Numbered from the stretch's first letter, positions 36,901-46,563 are shown. The stretch: DNA of 64,000 nucleotides from a virus (IMGVR_UViG_3300013713_000001:64001-128000), one strand, 5' to 3'. Notes: generated by a model from the sequence alone, not told the origin. Numbers and translations: made by a program.

Positions 36901-37505
36901 AACTGCGCAGCCTTAACCGCCTTCAACTGAGCAAAGCTCTCGTCAATCACTTTGTCCGCCCCAGACTGAACACCGGGGTCACGCGTACTGTAATAGTTCG
37001 CGATGTAGTTGAAGAAGAAGGTCAGCTCGTACCAGTCACCGATCTCAGTCTTGATCGAGTGCGAGTGCATACTGGCCGGTAGCGTTGGCGGAACGTTAAA
37101 GACCTTCGACCAGGGAATCGGAAGCTTGCCGTTGTACATCTGACGGAGCCAGTCGTCAATGCTGTTGCGAGGAACAAACCAGGCACCAATGCTCTGGTAG
37201 GTAACCGAAACAAAAGCGTTCTCGTTTCGTACCTTTTCTGACAACTGGATAAAGGAAGAGATGTCTCGACCGGTGATCTCACAGAAGGGCAGAAACTTCC
37301 CCTCAAACCAATAGTCGGTACCGAGCTTGAGAATACCACCTGCTGCGTTATAAACTGTAACCAACTTTTCTTCAGCAAAGAACGGCGTGCCGTTCGGAAC
37401 AATCCACGGACACTCCTTGTCTTTGATCGGTACCTTTTCCCGCAGTACCCGGTTTTCAACACGGGTACCACGTACATCAAACTTAACCGCTTGCAGCTTG
37501 TCCAT
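33921..37505 (-). CDS. tail fibre/baseplate protein (phiKZ gp145/146-like paralog)
   Basis: NAHRITKAHLDLGNLDN, IPPQISGSFEGMG, DLRDIDPDPRNKKFYIY. Confidence 0.8.
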   Translation of the reverse strand: MDKLQAVKFDVRGTRVENRVLREKVPIKDKECPWIVPNGTPFFAEEKLVTVYNAAGGILKLGTDYWFEGKFLPFCEITGRDISSFIQLSEKVRNENAFVSVTYQSIGAWFVPRNSIDDWLRQMYNGKLPIPWSKVFNVPPTLPASMHSHSIKTEIGDWYELTFFFNYIANYYSTRDPGVQSGADKVIDESFAQLKAVKAAQLKRLVDHDKNYGNAHRITKAHLDLGNLDNNPTATLDEELAGVASNRFSTPGGVLALSEDYGRDSDLVMRNGVLPFSYYGGGSYIPPQISGSFEGMGSLVPCSAMCMERNGIFMMLTNHNDGRNEGLYYSQMPGFHTSNARITYTGYKYQPPSLQAIGFNPTVVVAGSNHRIMMVGNPGLARCFLTLTNGTLDGSVHSYYELDMSAVAGKMTSAYRADVNRFSIHVIGEYAVLVVSVSGTRNDNYMFFRIPLSDLKGPKKKLKFEHVPVTFKDYEGQQFTNADAFAPFKATASPSGGYSKYGPFTFRQPATNIYKVGRGLVLSCAKPGVLDSGYMFISGLVQCERSVSGQPLIRTQPKTGLNLEFNPKTGVITMVFNPPTLDIGFTDNTLAERNNYASAFFNPFYYGMGTTGAGSWVILETGEIAIATINGGNIFPAFVYKIKIRGRTSAADVLSQPMDGTSGVYEYLRMSNQVVNSPLLSGTAAGSMTYEDDGELYSAVDQLTNNRKTYFRKVTGPYAVRPEVTNLSVENVMSRPLSNAIYTSNLKATEVPICISGSDAELKAAGTEMGTTAFSAMGYTGITGGRFPQLAEFAAPSVNNVVTSCPRTFGKTFDEPNKTVTYKALSFYGARKPVMDKFLALIPSEYTDPAPWSISLYLMQDAAGGTFKGLNLGIAILAFHDPVRGFARQITVLFTPTFEAPNADHPDVYLLTDFTVLDQSIAYRAVIGITQPEMRVSGLENDRCKGGLYLYRDGNKLAVYSFSPYSTISAGRSRMIMYFDIDLSTKKFESVYCQTAGWSQVDLTAPIPRVGMADVRLSGDSAENVAIQPYPPQVYDYTGGAARLFHKTDPATGDVQWFIGPTVYPETIWSLFFQDSVPVMINGTMYEVEGGSIDLRDIDPDPRNKKFYIYVTIEGSKPKYILSTLELRTGHSMLHVATVTTNLTQILLIERAQPFMVGDYELSYVRKGGIIPVSSGLPQDDGTFAFLKTSELLP

Positions 37506-37523
37506 AGTTTCAGCCTTTAAAGC

Positions 37524-37546
37524 GTACGGGGTGGTCAGCCCCGTAC
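37524..37546 (-). terminator. intergenic hairpin
   Basis: GTACGGGG/CCCCGTAC. Confidence 0.5.
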
Positions 37547-37557
37547 CTATTCGGTTG

Positions 37558-40500
37558 TTAAGGCAGCATTTCAGTCGACCGCAACCAAGGGATCTGTCCT
37601 TCTACGTTGACCAAGCCAGAAGAAGCAGGAATGGAGTTCCCTCGTTTGATCTCAGAAATGCGGTTCCCGTTAATAGTGAACACGTTGAACCGCTCAACGG
37701 TGAGGATCTGGCTATCCCCAGTAACGACTTTAGCCACCCACACCTGGAACGGACTTTCCAATCGTTTCTCCTGAGAGATCTCGTACTCAGGCACACCGTT
37801 GTTCAACAATGCGTAGATATAGAAGGTCTTGTTTCGAGGATCAGGATCCGCATCCCGTAGATCGACGAAGCCAGGTGCCATGGTGTAAGCCTTGCCGTTA
37901 AAGACCGCCTTGCTCTCCGTTTGGAAGAAGATAAGCCAGCCTGTCTCCGGGTATACCGATCCGAGCATGGGGTTCCATGTGGTTCCCTTAAAGATCGTTG
38001 CGGCGCCGCCTGCCGCCTGTGGGTGCATGATCATTTCCACGACCCCCAGATCAGGGACTACTGCTCGGTGGGCGTTACCGCCGCCGTTACCCACAGCGAT
38101 GTAGGTATCGGTCCCCGTGGTTGACCAGCGCTTGGTCCCTCGGCTGTAGTACTTGAACTGGCCGTACAACTGCAAGGTATCGCCCTGACCAGCCGCGGAG
38201 ACCCCACTGTCAAAGAACCCAGACAGGGTATTCCCATTCAAGTAGTACCCCACCCGCATCGAGCCATGAGCTGGGTAGTTGCTGTCACCGGCAATGTAAC
38301 CATCCCAGCCTTTGCTTGTTACCGAAACTGCCCCCGTTGGGATCGTCTGGTGGATCCGGTTCAGGACCTTGTAATCCGTCACCGTTTTGTGCAAGACGCC
38401 CGAGTAGGTCGGTTCAATGACCATCATGGTGTCACGGCGTTCAGTTGTTCCCAAACGACCCCAACTGATCCAGACCAGGACCGGCAACCAACCAAACTTA
38501 TCTGTCAACGGCCCGGTTGGGTCACAGATCACCACGATGACGTCAGGTGCTTTAAGCATCTCGGTCACCGAGTCCACTTCCCGTTTCAACTCCGCAACAA
38601 TAGCGGCTGGGTAGGTGATGGTGGCGGTAGGGACGATTTCCAGAAGGCCCTTGGCGTTGATCCGAGTGGTGTGAGCACTGATCACCTTGATGCTGTCCAG
38701 GTCTGCAGGCTGAATCCACTCTGCAGATTGATCTGGGAGATCCAGGTAACGACGCGAGGTCCCTACACAGAATCGGAAGTCGCCCAGGTCGGTGTCATAG
38801 TTTGCAAGCTGGCTGCTTGGAACCGTGACAGTAGCGCCGCCGATCTTTGCTTCCCCCCGCACTTCCCACACCTTGTTACTAAGCGGACGAGCCCGGACAT
38901 TGCTAACCATTTTGTTCTGGATGTTCGAACGCGCCGCTAATCCACCTTTCGCTTCCCGGTAGTAAAGTTTGTTCCTGGCCAGTACCTTACCGCAGTCAGC
39001 CGTATAGAAATCACCACCATTCCCGAGCAGGAACGATTTGGGTTTGATCCCGGACGTCAGAGGAGAAACCACCGGTTCAAGCACCTTCTTCTCTTCTGCA
39101 GGGCCCAGCGCGGTGTTCCATTGCCGCGAGAGGATGTCGTAACGACCCTTGGCGTTGTTTGCTTTCAGGTACCACATACCCCGTGGGAAGGAAGCGTAGT
39201 CACCAGTGGAAACGATAAGCGTCCCATCAGGAAGCACCGCCATCCCCTGCCTGTCCCAACCATAGGCCACGTGGTAAAGCGAACGCCAGGTGATAGGAGA
39301 GTTCAGCCAGTCGATGAATGGGTTCGTGAAGTCCAGCAAAGGTTGCGGGGTCTTGTGAAGCAAGTCCATCACCCCAGTCTCTGGATCGAACTCATAGGTG
39401 GCTTCGACCGCAATCTGCACCTGCGAACTGATCGACCCGGACGCATAACTACCAAGGAACGACCCAATGATTTTCATCAGGACCTTTCCTGGCTTATCCG
39501 GGATAGGGGTGGTAAGGCAATGCTGGGAGTAACAGTTACCGTAGATCACCGTTCCTGAGGTCTGCCGAATAGGGAACCAGCAGCGCGTCCAGTTAGGCCA
39601 CGTCCCAACCGGTGTGTAAAACCTGAAGTACTCGGCGTTGGTGCGCTTAACCCCATCAGGGTCCGTATAGGTCAACCGTTGAAGGGTGGCCTTCACTGGG
39701 AGCTGAGCAGCCACGTCAGCCTTTGGAACCCGGTAGTAGTAACGGAACCGTTTCTCCGAGTCACCCACCGCAGCACTGACCAGGGACCTGTTGTTGTAGG
39801 TATGTCCAATGCTGATGTAGATCCAGTTCCCTGCAAGCATTACCTGCATCCAGGCGATGTGATCACTTGCCTTTTGTCCGGTAGGAAGCTCAGTCATCAA
39901 CTCACTGAGGTCCACACGAGACAAGACATGCTTAGCCGGGTCCAGGGAACCGTTGGTCAACCCGACGTAGAAGAGGTTCTTGTCCGCATCAGCCACAAGG
40001 ATCACTTCATCGCCACTGCCTGCTGCGATTCGGTTAACCGTAGCTCCGTCGTTTTCAATCCGCTGGTGGGTGTACCGGTAGCCTGTGTAGACCCGACTCT
40101 TGTTCGACGAGTAGAAGTCTTCGATCACCGAGAAGTACAGACCGTCTACACGTCCGTCAAAACGGTTCTCCAGGAACACCACCGAACCATCCGGCTCCAT
40201 GGTAATCCCCGCGGTTTCACTCAAGCCACCCAGCCCTTCAAAGGAACCATCGATCGAAGGGGGGATAAAGTTGGTGTTACCAAACTGGCTGATGGGAAGG
40301 GTGTCTTTACCAAGAAACTCGTTGGCGTCTACCCCCGTCAACTCAAGGATCGTTTTCAGACCGTCCACTGTCAGATGGAGATCCCGACGACCCGACATCA
40401 ATTCACCCACACCAGATGCCGTAGCAAAGTTATCGACGTTTCCTAAGCCCACCTGAGAACTCAGGATACCGTGGGAGTTATACGACCCCACGTGGTCTTT

Positions 40501-41112
40501 CAGGTAAGTCAACAGCTCCTGCTTGTACAACGCCAGGTAATGGGTAAAGTTGTCGAAGTAACGCTGGATCTTTGTTTGGATCAGCGGTTTGCCCTTGCGC
40601 GACGACAGGTCGCTGATCAGCCCCAGTACGCGAATGGTGTCTTGAAACGCCACCACGTCATAGAGCAAGGAGTGACCATGGATACGTGGCGGGAAGACGA
40701 CAGGTTTCCCTTGCAGGTTGTCAAAGTCGATCATGCGATCGTCTTCAGCCGTTGCCATGATAAGGTTCATCAGTGACGTGTCAAACAAGGTAAACTCACC
40801 CACCACGTCGTAGTCAAGGAACCCTTTGGTAATCTCAGGGTCCTTAAGGTTGATCATGCAGGCTACACCCTGGGCTGCCAGGTTTGTCAATCCAGGCATG
40901 ATCTGGTAGATCTCGAAGTCCTCCTCGGTCATCTCCTGACCGTTCTCAAAGTACAGCCTCAAACTGCTGATAAAGAACGGGGAGTGTTGAGGAACGATAA
41001 CTCGAGTACCGGCACCGGGCTTTACCGTGTCGAACGGTTCACCGCGGATCTGGTTCTCGATGTTCTTGTGCAGGATGTCATCCCGGAACTGCCGGACGAT
41101 TGGAGTCTGCAT
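37558..41112 (-). CDS. tail fibre/baseplate protein (paralog of 33921..37505)
   Basis: NSHGILSSQVGLGNVDN, IPPSIDGSFEGLG, DLRDADPDPRNKTFYIY. Confidence 0.8.
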   Translation of the reverse strand: MQTPIVRQFRDDILHKNIENQIRGEPFDTVKPGAGTRVIVPQHSPFFISSLRLYFENGQEMTEEDFEIYQIMPGLTNLAAQGVACMINLKDPEITKGFLDYDVVGEFTLFDTSLMNLIMATAEDDRMIDFDNLQGKPVVFPPRIHGHSLLYDVVAFQDTIRVLGLISDLSSRKGKPLIQTKIQRYFDNFTHYLALYKQELLTYLKDHVGSYNSHGILSSQVGLGNVDNFATASGVGELMSGRRDLHLTVDGLKTILELTGVDANEFLGKDTLPISQFGNTNFIPPSIDGSFEGLGGLSETAGITMEPDGSVVFLENRFDGRVDGLYFSVIEDFYSSNKSRVYTGYRYTHQRIENDGATVNRIAAGSGDEVILVADADKNLFYVGLTNGSLDPAKHVLSRVDLSELMTELPTGQKASDHIAWMQVMLAGNWIYISIGHTYNNRSLVSAAVGDSEKRFRYYYRVPKADVAAQLPVKATLQRLTYTDPDGVKRTNAEYFRFYTPVGTWPNWTRCWFPIRQTSGTVIYGNCYSQHCLTTPIPDKPGKVLMKIIGSFLGSYASGSISSQVQIAVEATYEFDPETGVMDLLHKTPQPLLDFTNPFIDWLNSPITWRSLYHVAYGWDRQGMAVLPDGTLIVSTGDYASFPRGMWYLKANNAKGRYDILSRQWNTALGPAEEKKVLEPVVSPLTSGIKPKSFLLGNGGDFYTADCGKVLARNKLYYREAKGGLAARSNIQNKMVSNVRARPLSNKVWEVRGEAKIGGATVTVPSSQLANYDTDLGDFRFCVGTSRRYLDLPDQSAEWIQPADLDSIKVISAHTTRINAKGLLEIVPTATITYPAAIVAELKREVDSVTEMLKAPDVIVVICDPTGPLTDKFGWLPVLVWISWGRLGTTERRDTMMVIEPTYSGVLHKTVTDYKVLNRIHQTIPTGAVSVTSKGWDGYIAGDSNYPAHGSMRVGYYLNGNTLSGFFDSGVSAAGQGDTLQLYGQFKYYSRGTKRWSTTGTDTYIAVGNGGGNAHRAVVPDLGVVEMIMHPQAAGGAATIFKGTTWNPMLGSVYPETGWLIFFQTESKAVFNGKAYTMAPGFVDLRDADPDPRNKTFYIYALLNNGVPEYEISQEKRLESPFQVWVAKVVTGDSQILTVERFNVFTINGNRISEIKRGNSIPASSGLVNVEGQIPWLRSTEMLP

Positions 41113-41122
41113 GCCAGGCCTC

Positions 41123-41869
41123 TTAGTTCAGGTTCAGTTTATCTTGAGCTGCCAAGCGGAAGGCTTCTTTAAGCACCTTCACACTTACCGCGTTGTTGTC
41201 GCTGTTGCCCGCCAGGTCTTCAATCGTGGCCTTAGGGACGTTTGCCGCAAGGTCGAGACCAATAGCCGTCTTATCACCTTTGTGCGCTTCAGGGAGTCCC
41301 TTGGCCATGTGTTGGTCCAAGAGCTCCTTAACACTCAACTCACCGTTCCCCGTGTCAGCGCCGGTCATGACAAGCACGAGGTTCTCAAGACGCGACATCA
41401 TCTCGAGGTAGTCGTAGGTCAGCGTGGCAGGGTGGTCGTGTGGCGGCGCGGGCCAGTCCTTTGGTACATCGGCCAGGTCTGCCCAGAAGGCTTGGCGCGG
41501 ACTGTTGGCAATGTTTGCCACGAGAGTCGCAAAGGCCACCTCGTTAAGGACGAAGGGTGAACCGATTGTGGAGTAGGTTGCCGTCAAGATAGCGGCGATC
41601 GGTTTCAACAGTACAACAGAACCATAGACGTTGCGTTTGTACTTGATCGTGAAGTCGGCAAAGGGGTGAGCAAAGGCATAATCAACACCTGGCTTCAGGG
41701 GTGTCGTACTACCCTGCTTGTAGAGTTTGAAGTCTTTTGCAAAGAACGGTGCATAGCGAGGAGCGAACTCCCGACGGGCGTCATCAGCCGACGGTTTGAT
41801 CGTCTCATTGGCGACGATGCAATCCACGCGCTCTTGAAAGGGGTTCCATGCATAGGTGACCATGGCCAT
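41123..41869 (-). CDS. short paralog corresponding to the fibre N-terminal domain
   Basis: APFF..LKPGVDY..TYSTIG..VPKDWPAPPHDH..IGLDLAAN; start MAMVTY (GGAG RBS). Confidence 0.75.
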   Translation of the reverse strand: MAMVTYAWNPFQERVDCIVANETIKPSADDARREFAPRYAPFFAKDFKLYKQGSTTPLKPGVDYAFAHPFADFTIKYKRNVYGSVVLLKPIAAILTATYSTIGSPFVLNEVAFATLVANIANSPRQAFWADLADVPKDWPAPPHDHPATLTYDYLEMMSRLENLVLVMTGADTGNGELSVKELLDQHMAKGLPEAHKGDKTAIGLDLAANVPKATIEDLAGNSDNNAVSVKVLKEAFRLAAQDKLNLN

Positions 41870-41988
41870 CGGACTATCTCCAAAGAAAGACATCAAAGGT
41901 ATTTTATGACTAATACCCCATATAAGAGGTTCCTATAGGGAGCTATAGGGGTCAGGATTTCATAGAATCATCCAGGAGTTTGTCCTTT

Positions 41989-43227
41989 ATGTACACGTAT
42001 AAACGGGCTGTTGGAATCAACCAGCTGGTCCCTGAAGGGCAAGAGATCGTTGACATTTCAACCCTCCAGACTAAAGCGCTCCCGATTACCTTTACTGAAT
42101 TGATCATTGTGGTGACCGACAGTCTCTATAAACGGGACGTGGCGATCAACATGCAGGACTACGTCAACGAGTTCATTGCATTCAAAGGGACTATCCAACA
42201 ATGGCTGACCAGTAAGGCATCGGTGGTCTTAAAGACAAGCAATACCTTGCCCGGCACAGAGTACCGTTGGGGAACGTTGCACGATATCCAGTACCAGTGG
42301 TTTACCCTGCACCCTGGTGATGCGAAGATGGCGATTGATCGGCAGGAGCACCTCGACGTAGGGGACGCTCCAGACATTCGTGTCTATAAGACTGATCGCT
42401 CTGCGGTAGACTACAAGAGTCTTGCTGAACGTTGCCTGTGGACGTTTAACGGTCATATGGTTCGCGCAGTAGGTGACGAGACGGGACTCTACCTGTTGAA
42501 CGCAGGAAAGAACTTCCGGGTGAATGACAACTGTCATGCCTGCTGCATCAACCTGAATACCTTGACAAAGCTGCAGACGTACAGCCTTAAAGAGGAGGAC
42601 CTGATCTACGAGAACAACGAGGACTATATCTTCGTTCACTTAAAGGCCCCGGTCTCCCTGTTGAAGAAGACTGTGTGGATGAGCATTGGTGGCCGTCTCT
42701 ATTTGAACGACGTGGTTCACATGGTAAGTGAGAAGATGCTTGCCATTCGCACTGAACGGGTAGATTGGTTTACCCGGATCTTTGATTCTAAACGGTTCAT
42801 TGATTTGGACGGGATCATTGATTCTGAGCGTGAGGTGGTCGGCAAAGACTTCTTTACCACTGAAGCGTTTTGGAAGGCCTTGATCGCTCATCCTTCCACG
42901 TTCCTTATTGTGTGCGACAACCCGCACCTGTACGTTTCACTGAAACCGGTTCAAGCGTACAAGTCACCCTTTACCTACGAAACACATGAGACACGGGCAC
43001 TGCCGCTGCTAACCGCAGACGGGATGTTGCCAAAGTACTTTACGACTCGCATCATTAACCGGAGGGTTCTGAACACCGACTTAGGCAATCAAAAGCTCTA
43101 CCTCAACTGGGGCACCGGCATTGGGAATGAAGGTGAGCTCCATCATGGTTACACGAATCGGTTTAGACCGAGTAAACTAAACAACGCCTATCTGCTCTCG
43201 ATCAGAAGCGTAATACAAGAGTCCTAA
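41989..43227 (+). CDS. putative virion structural protein
   Basis: 412 aa, AGGAG RBS, late-type ATTTTATG at 41901; structural gene neighbourhood. Confidence 0.6.
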   Translation: MYTYKRAVGINQLVPEGQEIVDISTLQTKALPITFTELIIVVTDSLYKRDVAINMQDYVNEFIAFKGTIQQWLTSKASVVLKTSNTLPGTEYRWGTLHDIQYQWFTLHPGDAKMAIDRQEHLDVGDAPDIRVYKTDRSAVDYKSLAERCLWTFNGHMVRAVGDETGLYLLNAGKNFRVNDNCHACCINLNTLTKLQTYSLKEEDLIYENNEDYIFVHLKAPVSLLKKTVWMSIGGRLYLNDVVHMVSEKMLAIRTERVDWFTRIFDSKRFIDLDGIIDSEREVVGKDFFTTEAFWKALIAHPSTFLIVCDNPHLYVSLKPVQAYKSPFTYETHETRALPLLTADGMLPKYFTTRIINRRVLNTDLGNQKLYLNWGTGIGNEGELHHGYTNRFRPSKLNNAYLLSIRSVIQES

Positions 43228-43229
43228 TA

Positions 43230-43748
43230 ATGGTAACGGGTAGTACAGGAGCGGTTCCAATGAAAGAAGGTAGCAAGATAACGCTCATCATGGGGATGCT
43301 GATCGCTGTCTTGGCCCTCATGCTGTTGAACACAGTGTGGCCACGACAAACCACGCTCTCCGCAGAGAGCATGGAAAGTATCAACAAAATGGCAGATAGC
43401 ATGAAGCAATCCGCCGCCAACTGGGAACGGGTGTCCAAATCCACCACGGAACTGAACGAGGTTCTGCTGGCCCAAGCAAAGGGGAGTCGTAATGAAATCA
43501 ATGCGCTGCATCTACAACTGCTGGGTCGTTATGGTCTTGATCCTAACGATCCTTTTAGCGAGTACGTTAACAGCGTGCTCCAGCAGTCCCAAGGTAACGG
43601 AGGGATCGACTTACCTCGAGGTGAAGGGGAAGCAGGTCGAGGTCGAGGCGTACCGGAAGCAAATGCTAAGCTTGCAGGCTCGACTGACCGAGGTTCCTCC
43701 CGAGTTGCTGACAACGGCCACAGAGCCACCGCCCATTCTGCTCAGTAA
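43230..43748 (+). CDS. inner-membrane spanin (Rz-like)
   Basis: N-terminal TM then periplasmic coiled coil; overlaps a lipoprotein gene in another frame. Confidence 0.7.
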   Translation: MVTGSTGAVPMKEGSKITLIMGMLIAVLALMLLNTVWPRQTTLSAESMESINKMADSMKQSAANWERVSKSTTELNEVLLAQAKGSRNEINALHLQLLGRYGLDPNDPFSEYVNSVLQQSQGNGGIDLPRGEGEAGRGRGVPEANAKLAGSTDRGSSRVADNGHRATAHSAQ

Positions 43749-43962
43749 GCTCGCTGCTTACCTCGACAGTTACGACTGCACGGACCCGCAGTTAAGCCAA
43801 CCCTCTAAGGACGCCTGCTACCGGGTCATTCGTGTCTTGTTGATCAACACCACTCGAAGATTGGATGAAACCAATACGACCCTTTACGTTGGGCAGCGTA
43901 AGGTCGCGCAATTGGTTCAGACTATCAACGAGCTGATTGAAACATTGCCAAGCACTCAGTGA
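43492..43962 (+). CDS. outer-membrane spanin lipoprotein (Rz1-like)
   Basis: Lipobox LTA-C followed by SSS; Pro-rich EPPP; overlapped with i-spanin. Confidence 0.75.
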   Translation: MKSMRCIYNCWVVMVLILTILLASTLTACSSSPKVTEGSTYLEVKGKQVEVEAYRKQMLSLQARLTEVPPELLTTATEPPPILLSKLAAYLDSYDCTDPQLSQPSKDACYRVIRVLLINTTRRLDETNTTLYVGQRKVAQLVQTINELIETLPSTQ

Positions 43963-43986
43963 TAGATAAGCAGAGAAGCAGACAAC

Positions 43987-44020
43987 TACCCTACAGGAGC
44001 CTTGGGGCTCCTGTAGGGTA
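43987..44020. terminator. bidirectional hairpin terminator
   Basis: 15-bp stem TACCCTACAGGAGCC/GGCTCCTGTAGGGTA between convergent genes. Confidence 0.75.
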
Positions 44021-44035
44021 AGTCCTGTATGTAAG

Positions 44036-44407
44036 TTAACCCTTTTCGGGGCTTGGAGCAATGATCTTTGCCGCCTTGGTACGAAGTCTCGAAAGACTGT
44101 CAGCACCACTAAAAATTGCCGTAAGGGTCTTGCTGACGTTCATGAACTGCCAACTAACAACCACCGGACCTACCACCATGATAAACATCGACATCTCGCT
44201 GGGCCAGAGGTTGTACTGACTGACCGAGACCCAGATGGAATACGAGTTGAACAACCCCATGAGGCACACTACAACAACCGAAAGAATACCGCCCAGGTTA
44301 CGAAGGAGAACCGTCCACTTACCGAGAACTTCCCGTTCGATACCACCCGCCGGAGGAGGGGGCATCTGGACATCATCCCCCTCCTCAATTGGCTTACCAT
44401 TTTCCAT
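44036..44407 (-). CDS. two-TM membrane protein, holin candidate
   Basis: Start MENGKP; two TMs, basic C-terminus; converges on spanins. Confidence 0.5.
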   Translation of the reverse strand: MENGKPIEEGDDVQMPPPPAGGIEREVLGKWTVLLRNLGGILSVVVVCLMGLFNSYSIWVSVSQYNLWPSEMSMFIMVVGPVVVSWQFMNVSKTLTAIFSGADSLSRLRTKAAKIIAPSPEKG

Positions 44408-45005
44408 GATGTACATCCCCAATAAACACACCGTGGTCTCGTGCCAGTTTCTCGCACCGCCACAGTCCAATAGCGCCGCTGTCTGCACTGTGTTCGTCGA
44501 CGACGGAGATATCGATACCATTGGCATCCAGGTACGGGTACTTCATGAGACCAATATGCACATCCTTCTTGTCACTTCCCTTGAAATCAGCCCCCACTAC
44601 TGCTTTGGCCAATCGGGGGAGTACCAGAGAGAGATGCACGTCATTATCAACAAAGGGTTTCCGAATAATCTCTGTTAACTGAATCAACTGCTTAAAGGTA
44701 CCTGGCGACCGACCGAGGAAGTTGTCCTCTCCGATGCCCATATCAGGTTCGAAGACTTCAATCAACATGGCAATAGAACGTGCCATGGCCCAGCTGCGCG
44801 CAAATACTTTGGTGCTTGCCAAATCATCGAACTGCACGGGAATGTCATAGAGCAACTTATCGCCATGAATCGTGTTCATGTACAGGAGTTTAAACGGCTC
44901 CGGCCTGACGAGGTTGACATCGAAGACACTCACCCCCATGCACGAAGTCGATTGGTCCATTGAGATGACCCGTGCACATTCGGGGGATTTTAGCACTTCA
45001 AGCAA
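44394..45005 (-). CDS. RuvC-like Holliday junction resolvase
   Basis: ISMDQSTSCMGVS, IGED, G..KKDV, EHSADSGAIG. Confidence 0.8.
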   Translation of the reverse strand: MLEVLKSPECARVISMDQSTSCMGVSVFDVNLVRPEPFKLLYMNTIHGDKLLYDIPVQFDDLASTKVFARSWAMARSIAMLIEVFEPDMGIGEDNFLGRSPGTFKQLIQLTEIIRKPFVDNDVHLSLVLPRLAKAVVGADFKGSDKKDVHIGLMKYPYLDANGIDISVVDEHSADSGAIGLWRCEKLARDHGVFIGDVHHGKW

Positions 45006-45601
45006 AGCATTCCTTTTTTGGTACCATGATGGAACCTCAAGATAGCGACCATTTCAGAATCCCCAACCAGGTACTCGCTGGGGGCGTCTTCACTGGGACC
45101 TTTGAACACAAGCTCAAATCCAGCTGTACTGTACGTCGCAAGGCTACTGGCTTTCCAGTGGCCCACTGCGTTGTACTCGTTCAGAAGGACGCAGAGCTTC
45201 CAGGCGAGCTCGTTGTTGTGGTTGGTGGGGTAGGTATTGCCCGAACCCAACTCATCCAGGAAAGAGAGCTCAGCAGGATCGTCGACCGTGATTGGAGGTC
45301 CCATCCACAGGTCTTCATTGACAAAGGGGTTACTCAGTTTCATGACCGAGCTCCCTTCCACTGTCACCTGATTGTTTTCGCACTTGTTGACGAAACGAAT
45401 CAGGACGTCTCCCGTGGCTGGATCACGGGCTTCAAGCACCAGGTCCCCTGCTTCGTCACGAAAAGCTTGAGACTCCGCAAAGTCTGCTTCTTCATAACGG
45501 GTCTGGTAGAACATGTTGATCACTGGCAGGGCTTGTGCCAGGGTCATCCGTTCAGTCAGGGGGAGGTGCGGGGTTCCTTTTAAGATGGCAGGAATCACCA
45601 T
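44990..45601 (-). CDS. putative structural protein
   Basis: ORF in structural operon. Confidence 0.6.
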   Translation of the reverse strand: MVIPAILKGTPHLPLTERMTLAQALPVINMFYQTRYEEADFAESQAFRDEAGDLVLEARDPATGDVLIRFVNKCENNQVTVEGSSVMKLSNPFVNEDLWMGPPITVDDPAELSFLDELGSGNTYPTNHNNELAWKLCVLLNEYNAVGHWKASSLATYSTAGFELVFKGPSEDAPSEYLVGDSEMVAILRFHHGTKKGMLCLKC

Positions 45602-45603
45602 GA

Positions 45604-46551
45604 TCAGTTACCTTGGCCGGCAGCCGAGGAGTTCGCGATCGAGTGCAGGAGCATCGGTGCACTGGCGCCGTGGTCGAGGGCCATGTTGATCTGGGTGTTC
45701 GTCAACGCGTTCCGCCCATCACGCTCAGTGATATAATGGGCAAAGATCGCGCTGGCCACTTCGGTGTACTGGATCGAGCCGTTCCCCGAGATAGCTCCAC
45801 GGTGCTGAACGTCAATCCCGTAAGCTACACCCACTTCGTTGACCGACGCATAACTTGCATCGTTATAATAGATTTTGCACGCCAGTGACATCTCACGTAG
45901 ATCAGCCTGGTACAACGTTGCATTAAGGATCGCCGAACCGTTGACATATTCGTCTGGTGTCGGAATCGTACCCTGGCTGGTCAGCGGAACCGGCTGCGGA
46001 TTCTTCAGGTTGTCTTCGGTATGGATGTACGGGTTGGTCTTTTCGTCGCCGGTGATCGGGTCACGGGTCACGAGGACTTCACGCGGGTTGTACTTGGAGA
46101 AGTCAATGAGCTTCAGCCAGTAGAAGGCGTACATGACACCGTTGCGTTCTTCCACCGTACGCATGCGGTACTTTGCACGGTTGAGACTGTCCAGGTCTTC
46201 GCTCAGAGGACGTGCAATGAACGGAATCGCCGTGAACAGGTTCGCGTCGATGGGCTGGTGCTGGTTGACCTGGAACTTCGATACACCCCGGGAGTCGGTC
46301 CCGACGTGGTTCGAACCGCGAACACCCACGCCAAAGTACTTCAGTTCGAAGTTACGGCTCGGCTTCTGACCAAGGCTTTCGGCGGCAAGGATCTTGTAGA
46401 CCTCGTTGAGGGTGGTCCACTGGGGAACAACGAAGGGCTGGTTCGTGACGATACATTTGTTCAGGACGTGACCAATGGAGGTGTTCGTGACGGTTTGAGC
46501 AGGAACCTCAGAACGGTTCAGGTCCGCGGAGTCATTAGCGGTAAGTGCCAT
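45604..46551 (-). CDS. virion structural protein (tail/baseplate)
   Basis: TTLNE, HQPIDANLF..IPF..RP..DL, RAKYRMR, YWLKLI motifs typical of conserved phiKZ-like structural proteins; strong codon bias. Confidence 0.65.
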   Translation of the reverse strand: MALTANDSADLNRSEVPAQTVTNTSIGHVLNKCIVTNQPFVVPQWTTLNEVYKILAAESLGQKPSRNFELKYFGVGVRGSNHVGTDSRGVSKFQVNQHQPIDANLFTAIPFIARPLSEDLDSLNRAKYRMRTVEERNGVMYAFYWLKLIDFSKYNPREVLVTRDPITGDEKTNPYIHTEDNLKNPQPVPLTSQGTIPTPDEYVNGSAILNATLYQADLREMSLACKIYYNDASYASVNEVGVAYGIDVQHRGAISGNGSIQYTEVASAIFAHYITERDGRNALTNTQINMALDHGASAPMLLHSIANSSAAGQGN

Positions 46552-46563
46552 GGAAAGAGTTCC

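Noticed and set aside
33921-41112. Diversity-generating retroelement or invertible cassette acting on fibre C-termini
   Set aside because: Similarity is at protein level with synonymous divergence; no adenine-specific TR/VR pair, reverse transcriptase or recombinase in the window.
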